NCBI GenBank assembly: GCA_964187785.1
Contig: OZ076413.1
Location: forward strand, 49,230,001-49,294,000
Direction: 5' to 3'
Length of the DNA stretch: 64,000 nucleotides
Source: Amphiscolops sp. MND2022
Lineage: Eukaryota
The notes beneath the pieces were generated by a model. The model saw only the letters and a program-made list of their open reading frames with translations. It searched no databases and was not told where the DNA came from. Of the stretch, positions 1-10,900 are shown one piece after another. The translations under genes and the position numbers were made by a program. Positions within the stretch are counted from its first letter, which is position 1. Each line of letters starts with the position of its first letter.

Positions 1-1007
1 TAATACTGTTTGTTGAAGATTTATACGTTACTTATTTTGGTAAACCTTACACACTTAGTGAGTATAATGAATTTGTAGAAAAGGCCAATAAACTTATAAC
101 CAATAGTTATTCTATAAAGAATAAACTTACTAGAATAGATTTTGATTATTTAACAAAGATAGTCAAATCACTCAATGAAATATACAACAATCGCCTCAAC
201 CAGGAAACAATAAACCAAGAAAAATTAAAACAAGAGCGAAGCCTCGCAAAACTAAATCGAGAAAGAATAATTAAAGAATACAAAGATCACCTAAAACAGG
301 TAAAAATAAATTGGGAACAAATAAAGTGGGAGGAAATAATTTTGGAGGATGCGACAGCTAACGCAGCTTCGCAAACAACCCAAGAAAATCACGAAGATGA
401 CGAAGATGGCGAAGTAAACCGCGTATCTTCGCAAGTAAACCAAACAAACCAAATAAATCAAATAAATTTACCCCCTTTTGACATTGTTGAAAACGATTTC
501 TTTGAAATTTATCTAACACCAGGAGTTTATGAACTAGTTGATATAAATAATGCTATTAAACAAAAAATTAATGAAAGTGATTATGATTTCAAATTTGATT
601 TAATACCTGACACAATATCAATGAAATCAGTTTTAACAACCTCAAACAATATTCAATTTAACTCCAAACTTAACACAGTCTTGGGCTTTACACACACAGT
701 GTACCCACCCGGAACTCACACTTCAGAAAAACCAGTCATGATAACAACCACCGACAAAGTTCATCTGAAGTGCGACTGCGTAGATGGTTCAATTGTTAAT
801 GGTATACGAGAGCAAATTTTATTTTCTTTCAATTTAAGCGCACCTCCCGGATATAAAATTATAAAAGAACCCACAACTGTTTTGTACAAATCAATTAACA
901 AAACACGACTGGACACCATCCAATTTTTCCTTGAGGACTCTAACCACAATCCAGTTGATTTCAACGGGGAGACACTCACCTTCACAATTGAAATTATCAA
1001 AATTTAA
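1..1007 (+). CDS. Minor capsid (penton-like, single jelly-roll) protein, 5'-truncated by the window
   Basis: The frame is open from position 3, so the TTG at 342 is not the start. The C-terminus (PGVYELVDIN...KVHLKCDCVDGSIVNG...LFSF...PPGYKI...PVDFNGE) matches the typical Maverick minor capsid pattern. Confidence 0.8.
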   Translation, partial: ILFVEDLYVTYFGKPYTLSEYNEFVEKANKLITNSYSIKNKLTRIDFDYLTKIVKSLNEIYNNRLNQETINQEKLKQERSLAKLNRERIIKEYKDHLKQVKINWEQIKWEEIILEDATANAASQTTQENHEDDEDGEVNRVSSQVNQTNQINQINLPPFDIVENDFFEIYLTPGVYELVDINNAIKQKINESDYDFKFDLIPDTISMKSVLTTSNNIQFNSKLNTVLGFTHTVYPPGTHTSEKPVMITTTDKVHLKCDCVDGSIVNGIREQILFSFNLSAPPGYKIIKEPTTVLYKSINKTRLDTIQFFLEDSNHNPVDFNGETLTFTIEIIKI

Positions 1008-1025
1008 TACTTTTAATAATAATAA

Positions 1026-1502
1026 ATGAGTTATAATAAATTTATAAATAATTCATATTGTGTTGGTGGAAAACATTATTCCCCCACCACAAATATTTAT
1101 GGAGATATTACAAACACTGGGATGCAGATGGGCAGGCCCGTAAAAATATTACGTGGCAACTGCGTAGTGTGTAACAGAAATAAGAGTCTAATTGTATCTG
1201 ACCGAACAGTAGATGCGGAAGGATTGGGAGACTTTTTCAAACATTTAGGTTCTGCAGCCAAAAATGTTGGAAAGAAAATACTCAATAACCCAGCAAGAGC
1301 TCTAGAAATAGCAGCAAATATTGGAACTGCAGCAGCAAGTAAAAATCCACGATTAATTGCCGCAACTGCCCCCGATGTTATTAAATTTGTTCATCAAGGG
1401 AAGGGCCTATACAAAGCTGAAGGTTTGTCGGGCAAAGCAGGCAAAGCAGCAGGCAAAGCAAGAACTAATGGTAAAGGCCTGTATCTGGGGAAAATCCACT
1501 AG
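1026..1502 (+). CDS. Small basic virion core or membrane-lytic-like protein
   Basis: N-terminal YC...CxxC zinc-ribbon-like region, an amphipathic helix GLGDFFKHLGSAAKNVGKKIL, and repeated GKGLY glycine motifs resembling adenain cleavage sites. Confidence 0.55.
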   Translation: MSYNKFINNSYCVGGKHYSPTTNIYGDITNTGMQMGRPVKILRGNCVVCNRNKSLIVSDRTVDAEGLGDFFKHLGSAAKNVGKKILNNPARALEIAANIGTAAASKNPRLIAATAPDVIKFVHQGKGLYKAEGLSGKAGKAAGKARTNGKGLYLGKIH

Positions 1503-1528
1503 TTATATGCATTAATTATACTTAATAA

Positions 1529-2581
1529 ATGTATTCAATTCACACCCGAGATGACTTGGAAAAATTAAAAAAATTACAAGAAACAAAATCTTTAGTACGC
1601 AAAGAAAAATTAAAAGAGAAACTAGGGAAACAAGACTTTCATTATGACCTTGAAGAAGTTTTTGAACCTGTTACTACAAAGCAGGTGGAATCAAATGAAA
1701 AACAACTACAAGCCATTGAAAATCAGACAAGAGCAATAGAACACAATAATAATACTCTTCGCGAAGCCCTGCAAAATTCTATTAAAGAAGGAATAAAACA
1801 ATATAATGAAATTACGAATCGTAATAATCAGCTTCTTACGAGTCTTGTTACTTCCAATCAAGTTGATTCTAGTATTGTAAAAACAGTTTCTAATTTACTT
1901 AATGACCAAGACAAAAGTCAATTTAGTTTAGAACCAATTACACAGAGCTTCGCGATAGCTAACGCACAAAATAACCCTAATTTATTCACAATTAATCCCC
2001 ATAACCCACAACAAGTACTAATCAAAGGTTCAACAATAACTTTCGAGAATGGGAATTCATACAATTTAAATGACCCAGATCTTCAATATTTTATAACTAA
2101 TACACAATTTGACAAACAAATAAATAACTGGGACTCAATTTATAACTTCTTAAATGATATGAAATATGATCTAAATTATGGAGATAAAAAATCAACCAGA
2201 TATCAATTTATTAAAGAATTATATTCTCGCTATCAATTGCAAGGCTTCGCACAGGGCCAATCACAGAGCTATACACGCGAAGCTACGCAGGGCTTCACAG
2301 GAAGTGGATTGCGCGAAGCTACGCAAAGCTACGCAAATGGTGAATATTCGCGAAGTTCCACGCACAGCCCTGCACAACAGTACATTTTCCTCCCATCTGA
2401 CCCAGACGAATTAGTGGATCAATTGAAACTACTTTATTTTGAAAAAGTTGGAGGAAATGATAGTTTTTTGATTAATGAACGAATTATTGCAATTATAGAC
2501 AAGTTATTGGAGTATGAATGCATATCACCTTCTCAACACCAAAATATGCAGAGCTACGCACGAAGCAACTTGATCTCCTAA
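1529..2581 (+). CDS. Conserved Polinton protein (coiled coil plus C-terminal LPSDPDELVDQLKLL...GGN motif)
   Basis: 350-aa ORF. The C-terminal xDPxELxxxLxLL...GN...NE...II motif recurs in Maverick structural or accessory proteins. Function not assignable. Confidence 0.6.
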   Translation: MYSIHTRDDLEKLKKLQETKSLVRKEKLKEKLGKQDFHYDLEEVFEPVTTKQVESNEKQLQAIENQTRAIEHNNNTLREALQNSIKEGIKQYNEITNRNNQLLTSLVTSNQVDSSIVKTVSNLLNDQDKSQFSLEPITQSFAIANAQNNPNLFTINPHNPQQVLIKGSTITFENGNSYNLNDPDLQYFITNTQFDKQINNWDSIYNFLNDMKYDLNYGDKKSTRYQFIKELYSRYQLQGFAQGQSQSYTREATQGFTGSGLREATQSYANGEYSRSSTHSPAQQYIFLPSDPDELVDQLKLLYFEKVGGNDSFLINERIIAIIDKLLEYECISPSQHQNMQSYARSNLIS

Positions 2582-2598
2582 TCTCGTTACGAAGTCCC

Positions 2599-3669
2599 TT
2601 AATTACTTAAAGGATCAGTTTGTGGATTAAAGATCTTGTAATTTGGATTAGATTCATTACAAATCCTGTACCTACTCCCATTTTTATCTTCCCATCTGTT
2701 TATTAAAAGGTAGTTGAATTTTTCGTTCCATGCTTCTCTGCACAAACTTTTGAATTCCTCATAAGACATATCAAAACCTGATATGTCCCTATGAATATGT
2801 TCTACATCTTTCAGTGTTTGTTGAAATAAAATTATTATATTCGAATTGTTCCTAACTGTCTTTTTTGGTGCATCAAAATAACTCTGACATAAATAATAAA
2901 CATCACAAGATTTGTGTCTTCCCCTAGTAAAAAATGGATCAATCAATTTCTGGTTGGAGTCTAACATATCATCAAATACTACACAACATCCCCTATACTC
3001 TTCCAAATCCCCCACATTTTCTTCCACACTTACACCACCAATATCAAGGCGTAGCTCCGCGTCCTCATATTGTTCCGGACTCCTTGTAATGATACGAATT
3101 TGTTTCTCTGGATCTTCCAAACGAATCAATCGTAATTTATTCAACAACAAATGAGTCTTACCACAAAATGATGGGCCAACTATTAATGTTCTATTAGTTT
3201 CGTTCGCGACAGCTTCCGCGAAGCTCTGCACACCACTATTAGCATTAGCCCCCGCGTTAGCTCCCGCAGGGCTATTCGCGTTAGCTTCCGCATTATTATT
3301 ATTACTGTGTGAAGACACGCCTCGTGGTAACTCTCGCTGTAGCTCTAGTGATAGCTGTCGCGATAGCTGTCGTGGAAGCAAATCACCCCCAGTATGCTGA
3401 TTATAGTGCTGATTATAATTATAGTGCTGATACAAGTGCTGTTTTTTAATGTGTGACCTTAAATAACTTTTATTTAATTCCTTATTACAAAATTCACACC
3501 TCACCTTTTTATTAAAACATTGAATACATGAAGAGTATATTTTACCATTTTTGTATGAATAAAAAGTATTACAATTCTTCAAAGTTTCACAGTCTTTACA
3601 TCTTTTTTTATTACTACAATCATCACACAAACTTTTTTCACTACTTTTATTACAAATTAAGCAATTCAT
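2599..3669 (-). CDS. A32/FtsK-like genome-packaging ATPase with N-terminal Cys/His zinc-finger region
   Basis: Walker A GPSFCGKT, Walker B VVFDD, the TRGRH arginine-finger motif and YLCQSYF. Several CxxC pairs and a C2H2-like motif at the N-terminus. Confidence 0.9.
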   Translation of the reverse strand: MNCLICNKSSEKSLCDDCSNKKRCKDCETLKNCNTFYSYKNGKIYSSCIQCFNKKVRCEFCNKELNKSYLRSHIKKQHLYQHYNYNQHYNQHTGGDLLPRQLSRQLSLELQRELPRGVSSHSNNNNAEANANSPAGANAGANANSGVQSFAEAVANETNRTLIVGPSFCGKTHLLLNKLRLIRLEDPEKQIRIITRSPEQYEDAELRLDIGGVSVEENVGDLEEYRGCCVVFDDMLDSNQKLIDPFFTRGRHKSCDVYYLCQSYFDAPKKTVRNNSNIIILFQQTLKDVEHIHRDISGFDMSYEEFKSLCREAWNEKFNYLLINRWEDKNGSRYRICNESNPNYKIFNPQTDPLSN

Positions 3670-3684
3670 TTATTTAGTAAAAAA

Positions 3685-4010
3685 TCACTAAAGTTTCACT
3701 AAATTCCTCTAATAATCACTATGTAATCACAATGTAATCACTATGTAATCACTAAGCAAATTTCACTAAATCACTAAGGTTTCACTAAATACCTCTAAGG
3801 TTTCACTAAGAGTATTCATTTCTCTAAGATTAGAGAATATAGTGAAATTTAGTGAAAATAAATGCTCTTAGTGAAACCTTAGAGGTATTTAGTGAAACCT
3901 TAGTGATTATTCACTAATTACTCAGATCACTAAATTCCTCTAAGAATCACTAAATAATCACTAAACACTCAATAATCACTAAATAATCACTATGTTTTAA
4001 TCACTAATAA
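3685..4010. repeat. TCACTA(A) repeat cluster containing a 44-bp perfect inverted repeat (3769-3812 / 3865-3908)
   Basis: Read directly: aatcactaaggtttcactaaatacctctaaggtttcactaagag and its exact reverse complement flank a 52-nt spacer. Confidence 0.9.
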
Positions 4011-4020
4011 ACATTATGTA

Positions 4021-4114
4021 AAGCTAACACGAAGCTAACGCAAAGCTAACACAAAGCTAACGCAAAGCTAACGCAAAGCTAACACAAAGCTAACGCAAAG
4101 CTAACACAAAGCTA
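4021..4114. repeat. Tandem repeat of AAAGCTAACRC (10-11 bp unit, about 8-9 copies)
   Basis: Seen directly in the sequence. Confidence 0.9.
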
Positions 4115-5371
4115 ATGCGAGGCCAAAATTTTATTTTTAGTAAAATTTTTTGCATGATCATAAATGAACTGCTTGAAGTTCTCTTTAACTGTATCACTAA
4201 TTAGTGGTTGTTGCATGCGTTGTACGTAGTTGTCTATTTTGGATTCATTCACTCTGATGTTATTTTGTTTGCAATAGGCTACATAATAATAAGCTATGTT
4301 GAGTGGTGTTATTTCAATTGTCTGGTCGGACATTTCCTCTAAGAATATCTTCAATTTGTTGTATTCATCACCAGTGAAAAAGTAACTTTCATAAGCAACA
4401 AGTTGTTCCGGGCCCCATTTACTTCGTTTGCTCGAATCATAAATTAACTTGTACTTGTCGTTTAGAATCTTGTATTTCTGACTCCTTGTGTCCAGTTCAA
4501 TTATGCCATATTCTAACTGATCCCGATAGTATTTCCAATTAAGTTCTTTGATTGTGGAAGTTATTGCATAAGTTTGTCCAATCGACTCGAAGAAGTTATC
4601 TGGGTTATTAATTGTTAAGTATATTTTGAAGCAATTTTCCCTCACGACTGGAAGAACATCCTTTGCATAGTGAGCAAGGTATATCACTTGAATCCCCAAG
4701 TGTCTACCAAATCGGAACAAGTCTTCTACTTTTGTTTTAAGACTCTTATATGCACCTGCATCATCCAGTACAACAATTTTATTAGCAAGTGATTCAATGG
4801 CTACTTTTTCCAACTGCAGTAGTGGTACAAAATTTTGAGAGGGAAACTCACGTTCATCTCGCCCAAAAACTACGTAAGTTCTTTGCTCCCCAATTCGGGA
4901 TAAATAATGCTTTAAAAAACTTGTCTTCCCAGAGCCACTACTACCATAAATTATGAAGTGGGAATTGCAATGAGAGATATTATGAGATGGGGATTCTTCA
5001 ATTTCCTGTTCCCTTTCCTGGTTTGTCAGATGAGAGTATTTGAACCCTTCAAATTGTTGTAGTTTTTTATAAATTGTGCTAAATTGTCTTGGGCGAATAT
5101 AATTCCAATATATTACAACAATAATACCTATAAATATAATTAAACATACAATAAACATAGGATTTGTGATTACTTTATAAAGTTGTGTTTTCTGATACCA
5201 ATACAGTTTGTTGGCGGTAGCTCCCGCGCTAGCTCCCGCGCCGTCTCCATCACCTGTGCTAACTCCTGTGTTAACTCCTGTGTTAACTCCTGTGTTAACT
5301 CCTGTGCTAACTCCTTGATAATTATTTCTATAGCTCTGCAAGCCTCTCTGCAAGCAATAATCATTATTCAT
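4112..5371 (-). CDS. Second A32-like P-loop ATPase with a predicted transmembrane segment
   Basis: Walker A GSSGSGKT, Walker B VVLDD, RFGRH motif. A hydrophobic stretch MFIVCLIIFIGIIVVIYW precedes the ATPase domain, with low-complexity GVNT repeats near the N-terminus. Confidence 0.8.
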   Translation of the reverse strand: MNNDYCLQRGLQSYRNNYQGVSTGVNTGVNTGVNTGVSTGDGDGAGASAGATANKLYWYQKTQLYKVITNPMFIVCLIIFIGIIVVIYWNYIRPRQFSTIYKKLQQFEGFKYSHLTNQEREQEIEESPSHNISHCNSHFIIYGSSGSGKTSFLKHYLSRIGEQRTYVVFGRDEREFPSQNFVPLLQLEKVAIESLANKIVVLDDAGAYKSLKTKVEDLFRFGRHLGIQVIYLAHYAKDVLPVVRENCFKIYLTINNPDNFFESIGQTYAITSTIKELNWKYYRDQLEYGIIELDTRSQKYKILNDKYKLIYDSSKRSKWGPEQLVAYESYFFTGDEYNKLKIFLEEMSDQTIEITPLNIAYYYVAYCKQNNIRVNESKIDNYVQRMQQPLISDTVKENFKQFIYDHAKNFTKNKILASH

Positions 5372-5405
5372 TTATTTATAAAAAATTGTTATAAAACTAT
5401 AATAA

Positions 5406-6320
5406 ATGAATCAAAATACAGGGCTTCGCGATAGCTCTCGCAAGACAGAAATTGTTAAAGAAATATTCTCTCCTGTAATCAAGAAGTTTCAAAGAATTCA
5501 AATACAAACTCACTATAAAGATGAGTGTTGGAGTATCGATCTGATAGACAGGTCTAGTTTATCAAAATACAACAAAAACTACAAGTTTATTTTCACAATA
5601 ATTGACAACCATACTAAATATGCATGGGCGATTCCCCTCAAAGATAAATCAGGAAAAAGTACAACAACTGCAATAAAAAATCTCATTGAAAAAGAGAAGA
5701 GAAAACCACACAAAATTTGGAGTGATAGAGGTAAAGAGTTTTACAACACAACATTTTTACACTATTTAAAAGAGCAAAACATTCAAATTTATTCAACCCA
5801 TTCAGATTTAAAAGCTGTTTTTGTTGAACGCTTCAATAGAACACTTTTAGACTTAATTAAAGAACCAATGTATATTGAAGGTAAAGGTAGCTGGTTGAAT
5901 CACCTTGATGCTGCTTTACAAAAGTATAATAATAGGGTGCATGGTACAACAAAAATGACACCATTTGAAGCCAGTAATAACAGTTTACTTCCTAGCAATA
6001 ATAATAATAACAATAAAGTTCCGCGCGATAGCTACCGCAGCTTCGCGCAAAGCTTCGCCAAATTTCAAGTGGGAGACTATGTAAGAGTTCCTGATAAAAG
6101 GAACATTTATTCAAAAGGTTATACAACAAATTGGAATAGAGAACTTTTTAAAATACACAGCATCAACAAAACAAACCCAGTAACATACACTCTAAATGAT
6201 GAAAACGGAGAAATTATTCAAGGAAAATACTATGAACAAGAACTTTTAAGAAGCATATTCGACTTTGACTCTAACAACAAAACGTTAGAAAGTATGAATA
6301 TTTTCCACAAATTTGAGTAA
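5406..6320 (+). CDS. Retroviral-like (rve, DDE) integrase of Polinton type
   Basis: WSIDLID, IDNHTKYAWAIPLKDK, SDRGKEF, VERFNRTL, YNNRVH, FQVGDYVRV and KGYTTNW motifs. No C-terminal chromodomain evident. Confidence 0.95.
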   Translation: MNQNTGLRDSSRKTEIVKEIFSPVIKKFQRIQIQTHYKDECWSIDLIDRSSLSKYNKNYKFIFTIIDNHTKYAWAIPLKDKSGKSTTTAIKNLIEKEKRKPHKIWSDRGKEFYNTTFLHYLKEQNIQIYSTHSDLKAVFVERFNRTLLDLIKEPMYIEGKGSWLNHLDAALQKYNNRVHGTTKMTPFEASNNSLLPSNNNNNNKVPRDSYRSFAQSFAKFQVGDYVRVPDKRNIYSKGYTTNWNRELFKIHSINKTNPVTYTLNDENGEIIQGKYYEQELLRSIFDFDSNNKTLESMNIFHKFE

Positions 6321-6457
6321 GTTGCGGAGCTTTCACAGGGCTTTCGCGAAGCTTTCGCGAAGCTGTGTAACTATCGTGCCCACGTAGTTTCACAACATTT
6401 TTCGCGGAGCTTTCGCGGAGCTTTCGCGATAGCTTTCGCAATATTTTTTTATTATAA

Positions 6458-7702
6458 ATGAGCAATAACTCAGATATGTTTTCTTTAAAAAATAAATACA
6501 CTCTTGAAAAACCTATTCATAAAATTGATTTCATAAAGTATAGTCCAAGTAGTTTGGCGACAATTAACAATACAAACTCGAATACTACAATTAGTTTCCC
6601 AAGAGAAGATGCATACATATGTTTACAAAATAGTTTCATAAGTCTAGAATTTGAAGTACTTAAAAACAATAATACAAGATATGCTGATGGTGATGAAATT
6701 GGATTGGTTAACTTTGGACCAATCTCTCTATTTAGTGAAGCCAAATTAACAACTTCTAGTGGGAAACACCTAGAAAAAGTTGACAATTTGCACTTGATTT
6801 CTTTAATGTATAAACTTCTGACAAGCACTAAATCCACAAGTCAATTAATGTATGGGTTTGAAGAAAATTTGAGTGTCAGAAGACAAGAACTAACAAACAA
6901 CAAAAATGAGAAAGGAACCTTTTTTGTGAGAATAAAACTAAAAGATTTGTTTGGATTTGCTGATCAAGAAAAAATAACTTATGGGTTGGGCTACACATTA
7001 ACTCTCAAACGAAACAATAACAATGACGCCATTTTAAGAAGTGTTGGAGTGGATGCTGCAAAAGTGGTTATTAAAGACATTGGTTGGTATATTCCACACT
7101 ATGTTCCATCACTGGAAAACCAACAATTTGTCATGGACCAAATTTTAAATAAAGATCCAACCGAATTGAGTTACACAGAACGAATTATTTTTAGAAAAGA
7201 TGTTAACACAAATTCGAATTGGACATTTGAATTAGGAAATAGCAACAATGAGTCCTGTCCAACTTTTGTGATTGTTGGATTTCAAGCTAGAAATAAAATT
7301 GATTCTCAGGTTCATGATAATGCAGTGTTTGACCGGTTGCCAATTAGTAATGCTGTTTGTAAAATAGGATCAGAAAAATATCCCGATGATGGAATAGAAT
7401 GTGACTACGACCGCGACAAATATGATCAAGCATACAGTGAAATTGAAAACTTCTATCACTTGAATAGTGAAACTAACTTACTCAATCCCTTCATTGATTT
7501 GCACAAATTCAGAACAAATTACCCCCTATTTGTATTTGACCTCAGCAAACAAAAAGACCAAATAGCTTCTCAACCAATCCGTTTAGAATTTAAATTTAAT
7601 GCTGCCATTGATGTAGCAGATTATATAGCTTATGCACTTGTATTAACCCCAAAACTAATAAGTATTAGTAGTGATGGGCAAAGGCATTTTGATTTGATAT
7701 GA
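6458..7702 (+). CDS. Major capsid protein (double jelly-roll)
   Basis: 414-aa beta-rich ORF with Maverick MCP-type motifs (SLFSEAKL, PTFVIVGFQ, EKYP, PLFVFDLSKQ, IRLEFKF). Confidence 0.8.
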   Translation: MSNNSDMFSLKNKYTLEKPIHKIDFIKYSPSSLATINNTNSNTTISFPREDAYICLQNSFISLEFEVLKNNNTRYADGDEIGLVNFGPISLFSEAKLTTSSGKHLEKVDNLHLISLMYKLLTSTKSTSQLMYGFEENLSVRRQELTNNKNEKGTFFVRIKLKDLFGFADQEKITYGLGYTLTLKRNNNNDAILRSVGVDAAKVVIKDIGWYIPHYVPSLENQQFVMDQILNKDPTELSYTERIIFRKDVNTNSNWTFELGNSNNESCPTFVIVGFQARNKIDSQVHDNAVFDRLPISNAVCKIGSEKYPDDGIECDYDRDKYDQAYSEIENFYHLNSETNLLNPFIDLHKFRTNYPLFVFDLSKQKDQIASQPIRLEFKFNAAIDVADYIAYALVLTPKLISISSDGQRHFDLI

Positions 7703-7744
7703 GAGGAATGATGAATCATACGTAGTTTTACAGATTAATAATTA

Positions 7745-7865
7745 TAAATGATGTGATAACTAACGTGATAACTAACGTGATAACTAACGTGATAAATGAT
7801 AATGCTAATATTATAATAAATGATGATAATAAATGATGATAATAAATGATGATAATAAATGATCA
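7745..7865. repeat. Short tandem repeats (GTGATAACTAAC; ATAAATGATGATA) between the convergent MCP and pPolB genes
   Basis: Seen directly in the sequence. Confidence 0.8.
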
Positions 7866-7965
7866 TAGTATAATTATAATTAGCGTGTGTGCGAGAGCTA
7901 GTGCGAGAGCTAGTGCGAAGCTACGCGTCACGCGTCAGTTATTGCAGGGCTCCGCACACCGGTTA

Positions 7966-10900
7966 TCACAATAAATGGGCCCGATCACTTATCAGATTTA
8001 AAAGGTCTTGATGATTCAATTTTTCTTTCAGAGTCCAAATGTTATAGTATATTTCTTCATCTGTTTTATTTGCTGTTACTTCTTTATAATACAAGCCAAC
8101 TAATTTTATACAAAGTATGCAAGGGCAATCACCTTTTTGTGTGTGTTTATCCCATGATAAACTTTGTATTGGATTCAAGTACATACGCTTGTCATCAAAA
8201 GGATTCAAAGCTAGCTTATCTTGTTTCTGAACAGTTAGTTTGTGAGCATTACTTCTAATAGAATAATTAGTTGCAGTTGTTGTTTCAGAATTAAATAATG
8301 AATTTATAAATTGTGAATAAATTGGTGTATGTTGTATTCCTTTTTGTTTTGACTTCTGCGTTAGCTTTTGTGTAGCCTTCTGAACTGAGCTTCCATAGCT
8401 AAAAGAATATGATTTAGATCTCAAAGCTATGAAGTTGTCTAATTCAATAATTGGTGATGTTTCTATTTTCATTTTACCTATAACTTTCTTGTTAATAGAA
8501 TTGTACAACTCGTGACTTGGGTCAAGCTCACTAAAATCAAAATCATCTTTGAAGTATTCCAAATCATTTATAAGGTCTCCAGTTTTAATACTTAGAATGA
8601 ATGAGTCTGTATCCATGTAATGCAGTTTAATTTTATTGTTATAATATGGTTGTAATTTGTGATAATAAAACTCATACATTAACAATTTACTCAGTTCTAA
8701 AACACTAAACCCCAAGTATATTGGTTTATCAAAAATTACTTTTTCCTTATCAAACTTGTAAACACTGAATTCGGAGTAATGATTAGTGATTCCTTTAAAG
8801 CTTAACTTGGATTGTCTTTTTATTATTTGATCAATATTGGTGTGGGGGATAAACTCTAACTTAGTCCGGTCTCTAACATTTTCCATAGTTTTCCCAAAGA
8901 AAGCATTGTTCATTAATTTGTAGAGGTCCTTCTCAAAGTTTGTTTTTGCTTTGGTGCGTTTTTGTGTGTTATGATTAATGTATTTTTCTAACCAAAGTGA
9001 TTGTTTGAACCGGTAGATTGTGTGAATCTTTGTTACTTTCATCCCCAAATTCGTGTAAAACTTGAACATCCTGTAGTGCATCATATAATTATATTTGTTT
9101 GTTAGGTCACACATAAGTTTCTCGGTTGGTTTGTAGTTGGGTTGTTTTACACTGTTCATGTATTCTGAGAAAAGATTTGGATCGGCTTTTGTTTGATAAG
9201 GGCAAAGTGGAAAGTTTTCGGTTTTTTCTTTAATTTCTGCTGGATATTCTAAATCACATTCTATAAAGTATCCATATTCATTATTGTCTGGAATAAATCT
9301 CAAATCTTCTACTATTTGTTCTAATTCGTACTCTTCTGGGAAATCTAGTTTTTCGAATTCACTTGTAGGAAGGTATTGACTCATTGCCCATCCATACAAG
9401 TTATTTGCATCAATGTACAGTAATTTAGTATTTTCATTTGACTCAATGAATCTGGGTCCCATAACACTTGAAATTCCTCCACGAATATTATTTTCAAGTA
9501 GTAATAATAACTGTTTGTCTTTTATGAAATCTAATTTAATTTTAGTAAGTTTTAAACCAGCTTTCCATGTATAACCAGGTAAAGAGTAACTGTACAACGG
9601 ATTGATGCCGTACATAAGAGTGCTTGTTTCAACAAAGTTTTCGAACACGTCAGTGAGTTGTAGTACATCCATTTTTAAGTACAATTCTGTTAGTTCTTGT
9701 GCTGTTGTAATGTTGTAAGTGTCAATCAATTGTTGGGTTCTTTTTATATCATCCTCGCATGGGTAAGATTGATTCAGTGTTGACCAATAGTCCTCTTTTG
9801 TTAGATTTAGTGGTTCATGCGTAGCTTTGCGTAGGTTGTTAAGATTGAATTTTTCGTATGGATAAGCTAGTTTTTTCTTAAATAAATCATCAGTTAGGCC
9901 CTCGTTTTGCATATAAGGAAAATCATTTAATGATGTTATAAGTTTTTGTAGACTACTACTCAAAAATCTGTATGAATCTAAAAACCTTAAACAACCTACT
10001 TGCACACTTACATAATTTTCCATTGACTTTGGTATAATATTTATTGGTAACTTTAGATTATAAGCTGATGTTAAGAGTTCTTCAAAAATTAAATGACAAT
10101 CATAACCACTGAAATTATGGAAAAAGATAGGAACAAACGAACTTGACTTTTTTTTACAATTTAAATTACATTTGTTGTGGGCCGCTCCTCGGTACTTGCC
10201 TGTAAGGTGATCATGATCTCGAACTGTATGCGCAGCTTCGCCCTCACCAAGTGGATTTTCACAAAGCCAACACACTTTGGATTGTTGAAATGATTCTTGC
10301 GAAGCTACGCCTTCTTCGGAGGTTAATTCAAGAGGAATATTAGTTTCGAAATAAATATTTGCAATTTTTTCTAAAGTCAACATTTCATTTACAAACCATG
10401 TTACACACGATTCGCCAAAGTATGAGCTGTAATTATTACCAAATGGTGAAATTATATAAAATCCTACTGCAATTGGAATTTGTTTATATAATACTTTGGG
10501 GTCATCTGTTGGTTGATTAATACATTCGAAATCTGCATATACTCTTATTGGTACGGGAACTTTCATATGATAATCTTCGAACTTTAAGTGATCCTTCCAA
10601 CTGAATGTGATATTAGTTGGTTGTTGTTTTTGGCAACGATCTATATGATCAAGTAGAACTGGTTGTGAACTAAATGCAGTTAGGCATCTTCTACACACCC
10701 ATTTCATGTGCGAATCTTTATTTAATAAACAATGCAGTTTTGTTATTAAACAATAGTGATTTTGATATAATAATAAATCTATTTGTGGTTGATCATAGTT
10801 TGTGTTAATATGAATTGGTGTTAAAACTGTTTTTGTGAGTTCAAATACATTTACGTTTAAATTATTTAAGTTTTCAAACTTGGGAATATCTTTAATTTTC

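Noticed and set aside
5170..5434. Small repeat-rich ORFs (QELT / SCVN repeats) overlapping the second ATPase
   Set aside because: They are alternative-frame readings of a 12-bp tandem repeat.
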